A stretch of DNA of 64,000 nt from Cyclobacteriaceae bacterium. GTDB taxonomy: Bacteria; Bacteroidota; Bacteroidia; Cytophagales; Cyclobacteriaceae. The stretch lies in assembly GCA_044226825.1 (NCBI GenBank), contig JBGAGH010000003.1, positions 133,976 to 197,975 on the forward strand, read 5' to 3'. Each line of letters begins with the position of its first letter. Positions within the stretch are counted from its first letter, which is position 1. The translations under genes were made by a program, and so were the position numbers. Positions 1 to 9,017 of this stretch are shown here, piece by piece. Below the pieces are notes generated by a model. That model was not told the DNA's origin and made no database searches. It saw only the letters and a program-made list of their open reading frames with translations.

Positions 1-274
1 CGTGCACCGTCGGGTGATGTTCAAGTACGGCGAAGAACCGGGTGAATTGACAGACGAAATTGTCGTCATTCCGCGGGACTTGGCTACCCTGGAACTGGGT
101 CAGTACATGTACGAGTTTATCGGGCTGGAAATCCCGATTAAGCGGCTCCATCCAAGATTTCGCGATGAAGCCGAGCAGGAGGGTGAGGGGACCATTGTAT
201 ATACGTCGGGCGACGAAAAGGACGAAAGTGATGCCATCGACCCACGTTGGGAAAAGTTGAAAAAGTTAAAATAA
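1..274 (+). CDS. DUF177/YceD family protein (5' truncated by window edge)
   Basis: C-terminal IDPRWEKLKKL motif typical of DUF177; conserved position directly upstream of rpmF. Confidence 0.9.
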   Translation, partial: VHRRVMFKYGEEPGELTDEIVVIPRDLATLELGQYMYEFIGLEIPIKRLHPRFRDEAEQEGEGTIVYTSGDEKDESDAIDPRWEKLKKLK

Positions 275-301
275 CCAGTTAGTCATAAAAAGTTAAGTAC
301 T

Positions 302-493
302 ATGCCAAATCCTAAACGAAAGACCTCGAAGACTCGGAGAGACAAGAGAAGGACCCATTATAAGGCCACTGCGAAGCATTTCTCATTCGACGCTGCAACA
401 GGTGAACACCACCTTCCCCACCGCGCTTACTGGCATGAAGATAAATTGTACTTCAAAGGCCAAGTGGTGATGGAACGCGGAACTGCGGCTTAA
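302..493 (+). CDS. rpmF: 50S ribosomal protein L32
   Basis: [20 protein letters not shown]-terminus; 63 aa; follows DUF177. Confidence 0.96.
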   Translation: MPNPKRKTSKTRRDKRRTHYKATAKHFSFDAATGEHHLPHRAYWHEDKLYFKGQVVMERGTAA

Positions 494-585
494 CCTGCTC
501 GCTGTCGTGGTTCATACCCAGTGTAATCTTATTCTTAAGAAGCATTCCGTATTGGTCACGGTAATAGCGCTATGACCTTGCACGC

Positions 586-618
586 CCGGTTGATTCACTT
601 CGGCCGGGTTTTGTTTTT
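586..618 (+). terminator. Intrinsic terminator-like hairpin between rpmF and fabH
   Basis: CCCGGTTGA/TCGGCCGGG stem (with G-U pairs) followed by TTTTGTTTTT. Confidence 0.55.
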
Positions 619-637
619 ATAATGAGCGACTACAACA

Positions 638-1648
638 ATGAGTAAAATAAGAGCGGCAATTACGGGCGTAGGTGGTTATGTACCCGACTACATCCTGACC
701 AATAAGGAACTAGAAACCATGGTCGATACCACCGATGAGTGGATCACCTCCAGAACCGGCATCAAAGAACGCCGGATTTTGAAAGGTGATAACCTCGGCG
801 TGTCGTACATGGGTGTAAAAGCGATTGAAGACATGTTTCGCAAGACGAAGACCGACCCGAAGGACGTCGATCTCGTGATTTTCGCTACTGTAACGGCCGA
901 CATGACCTTCCCAGCTACCGCCAACATCGTGGCGACCGCTGTAGGCGCTACGAATGCCTTTAGCTTCGACCTCGGAGCCGCATGTTCTGGCTTCGTATAC
1001 GCGCTGGCGACCGGTGCTAGTTATATCCAGTCGGGTATGTTCAAGAAAGTAGTCGTGGTCGGTGGCGATAAGATGTCGTCGATCTTAGACTATACCGACC
1101 GCACCACCTGTATCATTTTCGGCGATGGTGCTGGCTGCGTGTTGCTTGAGCCTACGACCGAAGAAGTGGGTGTAATGGATGCCATCATGCGAAGCGATGG
1201 TTCGGGCGAAAAACACCTCCATATGAAAGCCGGTGGAAGTCGCATGCCGGCCTCGCACGAAACGGTAGACAAGCGCATGCACTACGTGTACCAAGAAGGG
1301 TCGGCTGTTTTCAAATTCGCCGTGACCAACATGGCCGACGTTACCGCAGAACTCGCGGAACGCAATCATCTTACTTCGGAAGACATTACTTGGTTGGTGC
1401 CCCATCAAGCCAACAAACGCATCATCGATGCCACGGCTGCGCGTGTCGGAATCAACGAAAGCAAAGTCATGATGAACATAGAGCGGTATGGAAACACGAC
1501 CGCTGGTACCATTCCCCTGCTTTTGTGGGACTATGAAAAACAATTAAAGAAAGGCGACAACCTGTTGCTGGCGGCCTTTGGCGGCGGCTTTACCTGGGGT
1601 TCTGCTTGGGTTAAGTGGGCTTACGATGGCTCCAAGGCGGGCTTGTGA
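638..1648 (+). CDS. fabH: Beta-ketoacyl-ACP synthase III
   Basis: AACSGF (catalytic Cys), PHQAN (His) and YGNT (Asn) motifs; GIKERRI N-terminal motif. Confidence 0.97.
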   Translation: MSKIRAAITGVGGYVPDYILTNKELETMVDTTDEWITSRTGIKERRILKGDNLGVSYMGVKAIEDMFRKTKTDPKDVDLVIFATVTADMTFPATANIVATAVGATNAFSFDLGAACSGFVYALATGASYIQSGMFKKVVVVGGDKMSSILDYTDRTTCIIFGDGAGCVLLEPTTEEVGVMDAIMRSDGSGEKHLHMKAGGSRMPASHETVDKRMHYVYQEGSAVFKFAVTNMADVTAELAERNHLTSEDITWLVPHQANKRIIDATAARVGINESKVMMNIERYGNTTAGTIPLLLWDYEKQLKKGDNLLLAAFGGGFTWGSAWVKWAYDGSKAGL

Positions 1649-1699
1649 AAAGACTTTTGATTTGTAACTTAAAACTCGTTTTACAGAATAATTTGATCT

Positions 1700-2263
1700 A
1701 TGGCTACAATTTCTGACCTGGCGAAAGGCAACTACGTACGTTACAACGGTGAGGTGATGCAAATTGAAGAAATGCAACACCGCACGCCTGGCAACTTGCG
1801 TGCTTTCTACCAGTTGAAGATGCGAAACCTCAAGAATGGTAAACTGGCTGAAAACCGTTTCCGCCCTGGCGACTCGATCGACATCTTGAGAGTAGAAACC
1901 AAGAATTATCAATATCTCTATGCAGATGGCGATAGCTTGGTGATCATGGACAATGGCACCTACGAGCAAATATATATTGACAAGGCGTTGTTGGGCGACT
2001 CTGTAAACTACATCAAAGAAGGTGTGGAATTGATGGTAGCGTTCGAGAATGGAACCAATCCCATCACCGCAGAAGCCCCTGCACACGTGGTGTTGAATGT
2101 GACCTACACCGAACCGGGCGTAGCCGGCGATACCGCGACACGTACGCTGAAACCCGCTACCGTTGAGACGGGCGCGGAGGTACGCGTGCCCTTGTTCATC
2201 AACACGGGCGACAACATCAAGGTAAAGACCGCGACCGGCGAGTATGTTGAACGCGTGAAGTAA
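1700..2263 (+). CDS. efp: Elongation factor P (loop PGNLR, Asn at tip)
   Basis: C-terminal KPATVETGAEVRVPLFINTGDNIKVKTATGEYVER signature; 187 aa. Confidence 0.95.
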   Translation: MATISDLAKGNYVRYNGEVMQIEEMQHRTPGNLRAFYQLKMRNLKNGKLAENRFRPGDSIDILRVETKNYQYLYADGDSLVIMDNGTYEQIYIDKALLGDSVNYIKEGVELMVAFENGTNPITAEAPAHVVLNVTYTEPGVAGDTATRTLKPATVETGAEVRVPLFINTGDNIKVKTATGEYVERVK

Positions 2264-2272
2264 CAACAGACC

Positions 2273-2830
2273 ATGGCAAAGAAATCCAACCCCGCAAAAG
2301 CAACGTCAAAAGCTGACGAAAGCCGTAGCGACAAAAACCAAAACAGTTCTGACATGAAAACTTCGGAAATAAGAGACCTCATCGACTTCATCGCACAATC
2401 GGGCTTGAATGAAGTAGACATTGAAACGAAGGAAATCAAGCTTCACGTGAAGCGTGAACCTGATCAGAAAGTTTTGAAAGGCGCTGCGCCCGTTGTGGCT
2501 GCTCCCGTCGCTGTTCCAGCGGTGGCTGCCCCCGCGGTTGCGGCAACTCCGACACCGAAGGCAGAAAAACCTGCAGCCTCAGGCAAGGCCACTTTGGAAA
2601 TTAAGTCGCCGATGATCGGTACCTTCTATCGTTCATCCAACCCCGATTCTCCTCCTTTTGCTTCGGTGGGTGACAAGATCACCAAAGGCCAAACTGTTGC
2701 AATCATCGAGGCGATGAAACTATTCAACGAAATCGAATCCGAAATCTCGGGAACGATCGTGAAGGTCATGGTCGAAAATGCTTCTCCCGTCGAGTACGAT
2801 CAGGTACTCTTCGTGGTAGAGCCCGACTAA
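2273..2830 (+). CDS. accB: Acetyl-CoA carboxylase biotin carboxyl carrier protein (alternative start at 2354)
   Basis: EAMKLFNEI biotinylation motif, Ala/Pro linker, SPMIGTFYR motif. Confidence 0.96.
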   Translation: MAKKSNPAKATSKADESRSDKNQNSSDMKTSEIRDLIDFIAQSGLNEVDIETKEIKLHVKREPDQKVLKGAAPVVAAPVAVPAVAAPAVAATPTPKAEKPAASGKATLEIKSPMIGTFYRSSNPDSPPFASVGDKITKGQTVAIIEAMKLFNEIESEISGTIVKVMVENASPVEYDQVLFVVEPD

Positions 2831-2898
2831 TGGATCTTGGTTTCAGAAACAGATGGACGGATGGACGCAAGCCCATCCAAAACTTGATTTGACCCTAT

Positions 2899-4251
2899 AT
2901 GTTTAAGAAAATATTGATTGCCAACCGCGGTGAGATCGCGTTGCGTGTCATCCGTACTTGTAAAGAGATGGACATCAAAACGGTGGCCGTGTACTCGACG
3001 GCAGACCGTGAAAGTTTGCACGTGCGCTTCGCCGACGAAGCCGTGTGCATCGGTGACGCTCCCAGCAAAGAATCATACCTGAATATTCCTCGCTTGATTT
3101 CAGCAGCTGAGATCACGAATGCCGATGCCATCCACCCAGGCTACGGTTTTCTCTCTGAGCGCGCCGAGTTTTCGGCGATTTGCCACGAGTACGGAATTAA
3201 ATTCATCGGGCCCTCACCTGCCATGATCGAATCGATGGGTGACAAGGCGACGGCTAAGGACACGATGCGCAAAGCAGGTGTTCCCGTCATCCCTGGTTCC
3301 GACGGACTCCTCTCTTCCATGGAGGAAGGTATTCGCCTTGCCCGCGAGATAAAGTACCCCGTGATTGTGAAAGCAACCGCTGGTGGCGGTGGAAAGGGAA
3401 TGCGCATCATCAACGATGAATCGGAGTTCAAAAAAGCATGGGACGACGCCAAGCGCGAAGCAGCGGCAGCCTTCGGCAACGATGGCCTGTACCTTGAGAA
3501 ATTTGTCGAAGAACCTCGTCACATCGAGATCCAGTTGGTGGGCGACCAGTACGGTAAAGCATGCCACCTGTCGGAGCGCGATTGCTCAATTCAACGCCGA
3601 CATCAAAAACTCGTGGAAGAGACTCCCTCCCCCATCGTAAGCCAAGAATTGCGCGAGCGCATGGGCGAAGCTGCCATCAAAGGCGCCAAGGCCATCAACT
3701 ACGAGGGTGTTGGTACCATCGAGTTCTTGGTCGACAAGCATGGTGATTTCTATTTCATGGAAATGAATACTCGTATCCAGGTAGAACACCCGATCACCGA
3801 AGAAGTGACTGACTACGACTTGATCAAAGAACAAATCAAAGTAGCGGCCGGCGTTCCTATTTCAGGGCGCAACTACTTCCCGAACCTGTACGCGATGGAG
3901 TGCCGCATCAATGCGGAAGATCCTTCGAACGGATTCCGCCCGTCCCCCGGTAAGATTTTGAACTTGCACTTACCCGGCGGTCACGGTGTTCGCATCGACA
4001 GCCACGTGTACGCAGGATATACCATTCCTCCGAACTATGATTCGATGATCGCGAAATTGATCGTGAGCGGACAATCACGGGAGGAGGTAATCACGCGTAT
4101 GAAGCGCGCCCTCAGCGAGTTCGTCATCGAAGGGGTGAAGACCACTATCCCCTTCCACTTGGCGTTGATGGATAATCCTACCTTCCGTTCAGGAAAGTTC
4201 ACGACTAAATTCCTTGAGACTTCGTTTGATTTCTCGAAGTTGAAATCGTAA
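2899..4251 (+). CDS. accC: Acetyl-CoA carboxylase biotin carboxylase subunit
   Basis: [31 protein letters not shown] and RINAEDP motifs; follows accB. Confidence 0.97.
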   Translation: MFKKILIANRGEIALRVIRTCKEMDIKTVAVYSTADRESLHVRFADEAVCIGDAPSKESYLNIPRLISAAEITNADAIHPGYGFLSERAEFSAICHEYGIKFIGPSPAMIESMGDKATAKDTMRKAGVPVIPGSDGLLSSMEEGIRLAREIKYPVIVKATAGGGGKGMRIINDESEFKKAWDDAKREAAAAFGNDGLYLEKFVEEPRHIEIQLVGDQYGKACHLSERDCSIQRRHQKLVEETPSPIVSQELRERMGEAAIKGAKAINYEGVGTIEFLVDKHGDFYFMEMNTRIQVEHPITEEVTDYDLIKEQIKVAAGVPISGRNYFPNLYAMECRINAEDPSNGFRPSPGKILNLHLPGGHGVRIDSHVYAGYTIPPNYDSMIAKLIVSGQSREEVITRMKRALSEFVIEGVKTTIPFHLALMDNPTFRSGKFTTKFLETSFDFSKLKS

Positions 4252-4325
4252 GGTTGTCCGAACGGGCCGCTAGTCTGGTTTTCCTGATTCGCGGTACCTG
4301 AAGGCAAAAGTCATCGATACATTTG

Positions 4326-4353
4326 AACCCCGGCCCAACGGCTGGGGTTTTTT
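4326..4353 (+). terminator. Intrinsic terminator after accC
   Basis: AACCCCGGCC-CAAC-GGCTGGGGTT followed by TTTT. Confidence 0.75.
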
Positions 4354-4365
4354 AATTGTATCTCG

Positions 4366-4756
4366 ATGAATAAAAAATACATGCTATCGGCATTATTTGG
4401 GTCACTACTTGGATCTGCCTGTGTGTTGACTGGGTATCAAGTTATATACTATCAGGATTTAAGTACACTCGAGGTGCCCCTCTGCCAGCCAGGTGCTGAT
4501 ACTCGATTAATTGAAGAAAAGATAAATGGGATTCACCAACGAATCAATGACTTCTATTTCTTCGAGGGGATTGTCATCACGTTACTTCTGACCCATCAAT
4601 GTCGGGATATTTCTGAGGGCCCAACAAGAAATAGAGATCCACTTCCGCGAGAATTTAGAGTCGTATAAAATCCGGCTTCAAGAAATCCAAGATGAATGCG
4701 AAAGAATTGCTGATGACATAAAAATGAGCTTCGGGGTTACTAGGAACCAGTCTTAA
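4366..4756 (+). pseudogene. Frameshifted small membrane protein (signal/TM, second TM, coiled coil); 129 aa if repaired
   Basis: Removing one C from ACCC (4592-4594) joins ...FEGIVITLLLT to INVGIFLRAQQEIEIHFRENLESYKIRLQEIQDECERIADDIK..., ending at TAA 4754-4756, 16 nt before the next ORF. Confidence 0.6.
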
Positions 4757-4772
4757 AAAGAGTATTAGGCTT

Positions 4773-5132
4773 ATGACGACAACTTTACCTCCCCTTACCC
4801 ACGAGTTAATTGGAGAACTGACACGCAAGGTCGGGTTAGAAATTGAATCCGTAGAAGATCTTGAGCTCATCCAGCACCACCTAGTCAATGCCGGGCATCC
4901 AAATATGCTCCCTTCGTGCCTCTCGAAAAAAGGTGTAGTCTCGTTTCAAGACTTCATCTACTTGCTTCAAAGCAAAAATCCTCGCGATCGAGGAAAAGTG
5001 AAAGCGTTAACGGGTTCGCTCACCGGACTACTATGGGGATTGGGTTACCGGTTGCGACTTGGAAATCACATTTGCTCCATTCCTTCAGGCGATCCGGAAA
5101 GCTCCATTCCGCCGAGTTCAAAAACCACCTAG
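4773..5132 (+). CDS. Hypothetical protein, possibly also frameshifted near 5012-5014
   Basis: ATG start with operon-like spacing; N-terminal ~80 aa look protein-like; no family recognised. Confidence 0.4.
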   Translation: MTTTLPPLTHELIGELTRKVGLEIESVEDLELIQHHLVNAGHPNMLPSCLSKKGVVSFQDFIYLLQSKNPRDRGKVKALTGSLTGLLWGLGYRLRLGNHICSIPSGDPESSIPPSSKTT

Positions 5133-5175
5133 GCCCCACACAATTGCGGGACCTGCAGATGCGCCTCAGTTTCTT
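5128..5175. repeat. 48-bp direct repeat, copy 1 (contains hairpin 5131-5154)
   Basis: CCTAGGCCCCACACAATTGCGGGACCTGCAGATGCGCCTCAGTTTCTT, identical to 5491-5538. Confidence 0.95.
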
Positions 5176-5240
5176 AACGCGATGACCCAGACTGGTTATT
5201 GGGTTCTTGTTTCGTTGATCGTTCTTCCTTTAGACATTAC

Positions 5241-5268
5241 GCGGGGTCCCGGAGGCCGGAGACCCCGC
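5241..5268. repeat. GC-rich REP-like palindrome
   Basis: GCGGGGTCCCGG-AGG-CCGGAGACCCCGC; near-perfect stem with one bulge and no U-tract. Confidence 0.6.
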
Positions 5269-5319
5269 TGCGAAAACTAAACCCCAATGGGATTCATTGC
5301 CTGCGCTAGACTAATAAGC

Positions 5320-5417
5320 TAGTGGTTAGTTCGTGGTGGATGGTGGATGGTCGTGCTCCGTTCCAAACGCTCAGCATCTGAGTATTGGGGATTTGGTATT
5401 GGATATTGGGTATTCCA
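5320..5417. repeat. Degenerate ~7-mer tandem repeats (TGGTGGA-like, then TTGGRTA-like)
   Basis: tagtggt tagttcg tggtgga tggtgga tggtcgt ... tttggta ttggata ttgggta. Confidence 0.65.
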
Positions 5418-5490
5418 CGTCATTAAGTTTACAAGAAATCGAACCAAGCACCTTCGCAGCAGCCTCTCTCGCCGCGCGGGCTTCAAAAAC

Positions 5491-5538
5491 CCTAGGCCCC
5501 ACACAATTGCGGGACCTGCAGATGCGCCTCAGTTTCTT
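5491..5538. repeat. 48-bp direct repeat, copy 2 (contains hairpin 5494-5517)
   Basis: Identical to 5128-5175; both copies are preceded by TTCAAAAAC. Confidence 0.95.
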
Positions 5539-5684
5539 GAGGACAATGTCCCGGGATCAACATGAACGATGGATGGAGACTCTGCTCACCATTCAAATAA
5601 TCTTTCACCGTCGAAGAAAGAAACTTGGATACTATTGCGACCAAACCCCTACTTTAAGGGGGTATTGTAATACCCTATCCGAAA

Positions 5685-7325
5685 ATGAAAAGAAGAGATT
5701 TTGTGCAGCTAGCCGGGCTTGGGCTGGGCGGGTTGGCCCTCCCCCTGTCTGCGTTAGGAAATCCGGTACCGGTCGAAGCGCTCCTTGAGTCCCCCCTCGA
5801 CCGTTCCCAGAAAAAGCAACTTTCCGACGTCGCGCTGAACACCGCTAGGTCGATGGGTGCCACGTATGCGGACGTCCGAATCGGCCGTTACCTGAACCAG
5901 TTTATCAGCACCCGCGAGAATAAAGTACAGGGTATCACGAGCACGGAATCCTACGGCGTGGGTGTGCGCGTGATTGTGAACGGGACCTGGGGGTTTGCGT
6001 CCACCAACATGGTCACCACCGACGGCGTCAAGGCGTGCACACAATCGGCTGTGGCCATTGCCAAGGCGAACTCGAAGTTTCAAAAAGAACCCGTGAAGTT
6101 AGCTCCTACCCCGGGCGTAGGAGACGTAGTTTGGAATACTCCTATTCAGAAGAACCCGTTGGAGGTACCGGTATCTGAAAAGGCGGACTTGCTCCTCGCA
6201 GCAAACGCCGCCGCGCTGAAAAACGGTGCTGCCTTCGTGAGTTCGAACCTGTTTCAGGTAAATGAACAGAAATACTTCGCATCAACGGATGGTTCGTACA
6301 TCGACCAAGATGTACACCGCATTTGGCCGAACTTCCAGGTAACTGCAGTTGACCGCGCCGCCAACAAGTTCAAAACTCGATCAGAAATGGCTGCTCCGCG
6401 CGGTTCTGGCTACGAGTATCTGATCCCCAAGAAGGAAGACAAGGTAGAGGGACCAGGCGGCATGATCTTTTATAAGGACAGCTACGACATGATTGAAGAT
6501 GCCACCATCGCCGCCAAGCAAGCGAAAGAAATGCTTACCGCGAAATCGGTCGAGCCGGGCAAGTACGACATGGTCCTCGAACCTAACCACCTCGGTTTAA
6601 CGATACACGAGTCCGTGGGTCATCCCCTTGAGCTGGATCGAATCCTCGGCTACGAAGCCAACTACGCCGGCACGAGCTTCGCCACGCTCGACAAGTTGAA
6701 ATCTGGCAACTTCAATTATGGAAGTAAGCAAGTGACCATCTTCGCCGACAAAATTCAACCCGGTTCGCTCGGCGCCGTGGGCTACGATGACGAAGGTGTT
6801 AAAACCAAACAGTGGGACTTGATCAAAGACGGTGTTCTCGTGAACCTGCAGGCTGTTCGCGACCAGGTACATATCCTTGGGCAAAAGGAATCTCATGGTT
6901 GCTGTTATGCTCAGAGTTGGAACGATGTCCAGTTTCAACGGATGCCGAACGTATCGCTTGCACCCGGGAAAGAACCTTACAGTGTAAACCAAATGATTCG
7001 CGACGTGGATAAGGGCATCTTCATCGCGGGCCGTGGCTCCTATTCGATTGACCAACAGCGCTACAACTTCCAGTTTGGCGGGACCGTGTTCTTCGAAATC
7101 AAAGGCGGCCAAATTACCGGTATGTTGAACGACGTGGCGTACCAAGCCAATACACAAGAATTCTGGAACAGTTGTTCGAAGGTTTGTGACCAATCGGATT
7201 ATCGGATGTTCGGTTCATTCTTCGACGGCAAAGGTCAACCGTCGCAGGTGAGCGCCGTGTCGCATGGAAGCGCGACCGCACGATTCGATAATATTAACGT
7301 GATCAACACAGGGCGAACCATCTGA
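5685..7325 (+). CDS. tldD: TldD-family metalloprotease, paralogue 1 (Tat signal; no dedicated TldE partner)
   Basis: MKRRDFVQL Tat signal; IHESVGHPLELD (HExxGH); YDDEGV; QRMPN; FDGKGQP. Confidence 0.92.
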   Translation: MKRRDFVQLAGLGLGGLALPLSALGNPVPVEALLESPLDRSQKKQLSDVALNTARSMGATYADVRIGRYLNQFISTRENKVQGITSTESYGVGVRVIVNGTWGFASTNMVTTDGVKACTQSAVAIAKANSKFQKEPVKLAPTPGVGDVVWNTPIQKNPLEVPVSEKADLLLAANAAALKNGAAFVSSNLFQVNEQKYFASTDGSYIDQDVHRIWPNFQVTAVDRAANKFKTRSEMAAPRGSGYEYLIPKKEDKVEGPGGMIFYKDSYDMIEDATIAAKQAKEMLTAKSVEPGKYDMVLEPNHLGLTIHESVGHPLELDRILGYEANYAGTSFATLDKLKSGNFNYGSKQVTIFADKIQPGSLGAVGYDDEGVKTKQWDLIKDGVLVNLQAVRDQVHILGQKESHGCCYAQSWNDVQFQRMPNVSLAPGKEPYSVNQMIRDVDKGIFIAGRGSYSIDQQRYNFQFGGTVFFEIKGGQITGMLNDVAYQANTQEFWNSCSKVCDQSDYRMFGSFFDGKGQPSQVSAVSHGSATARFDNINVINTGRTI

Positions 7326-7348
7326 CCTCAGTCAACAAAAGTTGAATT

Positions 7349-8986
7349 ATGAAAAGAAGGGATTTTATACAGTTAGCGGGACTTGGTGCGGGAGCGATGA
7401 TGCTGCCCTTACCCGGATTCACAGCGGTCGACGAGGCTCGATTGCTTGACAATTTCATCGATGTATCTCAAAAGAAGAAACTGGCGGATATCGCGTTGAA
7501 CACGACACGTCAGCTGGGCGCCACCTACACAGACGTTCGCATCGGTCGATACTTGAACCAAGTGGTCTCGACCCGCGAAAAGAAAGTACAAGGCGTCGTG
7601 AACACCGAGTCTTTTGGGGTGGGCATCCGCGTGATTGCGAACGACACTTGGGGATTCGCAGCCAGCAACGACGTGACACCGGAAGGAATAAAGAAAACCG
7701 CCGAGCGCGCCGTAATCATCGCGAAAGCGAATTCCAAGTTTCAAAAACAACCGGTTAAGCTAGCGTCGACGCCTGCGTATGGTGAGGTCTCTTGGAAAAC
7801 ACCGATTGTGAAGAATGGATTCGAAGTACCGATCAAAGACAAGGTCGACTTGTTGCTGAACGCGAATTCAAAAGCGATGGAAAAGGGTGCTGCCTTCGTG
7901 AACAGTGCCATCCTGCTGGTGAACGAGCAAAAATACTTCGCGTCCTCCGAGGGATCCTACATCGACCAAGACGTACACAGGATTTACCCCACCTTTACTG
8001 TGACGGGCATCGACCGGCAGGCGAACTCCTTCAAGAATCGCACTTCCTTTTCTTCGCCAGTTGGGATGGGGTACGAATACCTCGACGGCCGCGCCGAAGA
8101 CAAAATCAAATCGCCAGGCGATATCATCCTCTACAACAAGTCGTACGACATTTTGGAGGACGCATCGATGGCCGGCGACCAAGTCAAGCAAATGATCGCA
8201 GCCAAGTCGGTGGAACCTGGCAAATACGATCTTGCTCTTGAGCCGTCGCACATGTGGCTCACCATCCACGAATCGGTAGGTCACCCGACCGAACTCGATC
8301 GCGTGTTGGGATATGAGGCCAACTACGCGGGCACCAGTTTTCTTACGCTCGACAAATGGCAAACCAAGAAGTTTCGATTTGGTAGCCCGGTCGTCAACTT
8401 CGTAGCAGACAAGACCCAACCGGGATCTCTCGGTGCGGTGGGCTACGACGACGAAGGTGTGAAGTGTAAGTCGTGGGATCTCATTAAAGACGGTGTGCTC
8501 GTGAACTACCAAGCCATCCGCGACCAAGTGAGCATCTTGGGAGAAAAAGAATCTCATGGCTGCTGCTATTCGCAGAGTTGGGCCGACGTTCAATTCCAAC
8601 GCATGGCTAACGTGTCGTTGCAACCCGGAAAGGAGTCTTTGACACCAGAACAGTTGATCTCTAGCATCGACCGAGGAATTTACATCGTGAAGGATGCGTC
8701 GTTCTCAATCGATCAACAACGTTACAACTTCCAGTTTGGTGGTGTGTTGTTTTTCGAAATCAAGGGTGGCAAGATCGTAGGTATGTTGAAAGACGTGGCG
8801 TACCAAGCAAACACGCAAGAGTTCTGGAACTCGTGCTCAGCCATTTGCGACGCGCGCGACTATCGATTGGGCGGCGCCTTCAACGACGGGAAAGGACAAC
8901 CGAGCCAATCGAATGCTGTATCGCATGGATCGGCCACAGCACGTTTCAACGGTGTCAACGTCATCAACACTGGACGTACGATTTAG
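7349..8986 (+). CDS. tldD: TldD-family metalloprotease, paralogue 2 (Tat signal)
   Basis: MKRRDFIQL; IHESVGHPTELD; YDDEGV; NDGKGQP. Confidence 0.92.
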   Translation: MKRRDFIQLAGLGAGAMMLPLPGFTAVDEARLLDNFIDVSQKKKLADIALNTTRQLGATYTDVRIGRYLNQVVSTREKKVQGVVNTESFGVGIRVIANDTWGFAASNDVTPEGIKKTAERAVIIAKANSKFQKQPVKLASTPAYGEVSWKTPIVKNGFEVPIKDKVDLLLNANSKAMEKGAAFVNSAILLVNEQKYFASSEGSYIDQDVHRIYPTFTVTGIDRQANSFKNRTSFSSPVGMGYEYLDGRAEDKIKSPGDIILYNKSYDILEDASMAGDQVKQMIAAKSVEPGKYDLALEPSHMWLTIHESVGHPTELDRVLGYEANYAGTSFLTLDKWQTKKFRFGSPVVNFVADKTQPGSLGAVGYDDEGVKCKSWDLIKDGVLVNYQAIRDQVSILGEKESHGCCYSQSWADVQFQRMANVSLQPGKESLTPEQLISSIDRGIYIVKDASFSIDQQRYNFQFGGVLFFEIKGGKIVGMLKDVAYQANTQEFWNSCSAICDARDYRLGGAFNDGKGQPSQSNAVSHGSATARFNGVNVINTGRTI

Positions 8987-9017
8987 TGATAGAATTCAAA
9001 ATCTTAATTACAGGGAT

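Noticed and set aside
302-493. L32 lacking zinc-binding cysteines
   Set aside because: Cys-free L32 variants are well known, and no paralogue is present here to suggest a zinc switch.
5128-5538. 48-bp direct repeats as a CRISPR array
   Set aside because: Only two copies, 315 nt apart, and no cas genes in the window.
4366-5680. Intact IS element or prophage remnant
   Set aside because: No transposase, integrase or phage gene motifs and no terminal inverted repeats were recognised.
4916-5788. Small ORFs sharing repeated peptides (RPHTIAGPADAPQFL or LGPTQLRDLQMRLSFL) as RiPP precursors for TldDE
   Set aside because: The shared peptide follows trivially from the DNA repeat and appears in two frames. 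There is no leader/core pattern and no modifying enzymes. ORF 5333-5788 overlaps tldD1 out of frame. Not excluded, but unsupported.
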